This document shows positions 63,786 to 64,000 of a DNA stretch of 64,000 bases, in pieces. Made by a program: the position numbers and the translations under genes. The stretch is from Candidatus Ornithospirochaeta stercoripullorum. Its GTDB lineage: Bacteria > Spirochaetota > Spirochaetia > Sphaerochaetales > Sphaerochaetaceae. The notes beneath the pieces were generated by a model. The model did no database searches and had not been told where the DNA came from. It saw only the letters and a list, made by a program, of their open reading frames with translations. The stretch is from contig JADIMT010000069.1 of assembly GCA_017694595.1 (NCBI GenBank), positions 8,713 through 72,712 of the forward strand, given 5' to 3'. Numbering within the stretch: position 1 is the first letter of the stretch; the number at the start of each line of letters is the position of its first letter.

Positions 63786-64000
63786 ATATTTCTCCTTTCT
63801 CAAGGCTGTGAATCAAAGCTCTGAATCTCCCAATCCTTCCAGCCCTGTCAGGGACCGCGTCCCATTTTTCAAGAAGACTCCGGGTTATTTCCATCTCCCG
63901 ATTGTTCTTCCGTATCTTAACTGTTATGCCATCATCCATGCCAAGGAGCGGCAGCAAAGCTTTATCAAGCTCATCGAAACTACCATCATCCTCTGCAGAG
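63778..64000 (-). CDS. 3' end of an unidentified ORF upstream of the hydrogenase genes (5' end outside the window)
   Basis: This is my own translation of the minus strand from 63999: SAEDDGSFDELDKALLPLLGMDDGITVKIRKNNREMEITRSLLEKWDAVPDRAGRIGRFRALIHSLEKGEIYG-stop. The TAA at 63780-63778 overlaps the next gene start (ATGGCTAA). It is absent from the ORF track because no start codon lies in the window. Confidence 0.4.
   Translation of the reverse strand, partial: SAEDDGSFDELDKALLPLLGMDDGITVKIRKNNREMEITRSLLEKWDAVPDRAGRIGRFRALIHSLEKGEIYG

Noticed and set aside
1-64000. CRISPR arrays, tRNA/rRNA genes, IS elements, integrases, reverse transcriptases and toxin-antitoxin pairs
   Set aside because: I saw no regularly spaced direct repeats, no cloverleaf-like or rRNA-like conserved stretches in the few intergenic regions (all under 260 nt), and no transposase, integrase or RT motifs in any frame. 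This is a by-eye scan, not a computed search.

Overview
This 64 kb chromosomal window is densely coding and mostly minus-strand. It looks like a Spirochaetota-type genome, because six predicted lipoproteins have an xSC-type lipobox and the gene content fits; this is inference only.

Main content, left to right:
- The AT-rich edge of a probable foreign island: a RadC fragment, a NERD/zinc-ribbon protein, and a truncated GNAT gene beside them.
- An OYE-family flavin reductase convergent with a two-subunit aconitase X (AcnX).
- A complete enterobacterial-style his operon, hisG-D-C-B-H-A-F-IE, ending in a translationally coupled pentapeptide-repeat gene. A promoter, a His-rich mini-ORF and an intrinsic terminator precede it.
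- A sugar-acid locus bracketed by two IclR paralogues: dgoD, a KDPG-type aldolase, kdgK, an ABC sugar importer and a GH35 beta-galactosidase.
- An FKBP lipoprotein, an MFS transporter, a two-subunit class I fumarate hydratase and a TIGR01212 radical SAM protein.
- A PlpD-like patatin autotransporter, then fmt and def.
- A three-gene operon of uncharacterised secreted proteins: two paralogous lipoproteins and an LPP20-like/coiled-coil/beta-barrel protein.
- An ECF transporter with its own S component, a P-loop kinase and a DUF3842 gene.
- priA, truA, acpS, cdaA-cdaR, glpK, an M16C peptidase, nfo and pepT.
- Several more envelope proteins of unknown function.
- The HydA and HydB subunits of an electron-bifurcating-type [FeFe] hydrogenase, with a cysteine-free ferredoxin-fold subunit.

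I recognised no rRNA, tRNA, CRISPR array, transposase or integrase.

Best candidates for something new:
- The secreted lipoprotein/beta-barrel operon at 33.4-37.9 kb and its split counterpart at 52.2-54.5 kb.
- The attenuator-like his leader.
- The Cys-less hydrogenase subunit.
- The ECF-kinase-DUF3842 module.

All calls come from reading the translations and the DNA by eye. No searches or folding programs were run.
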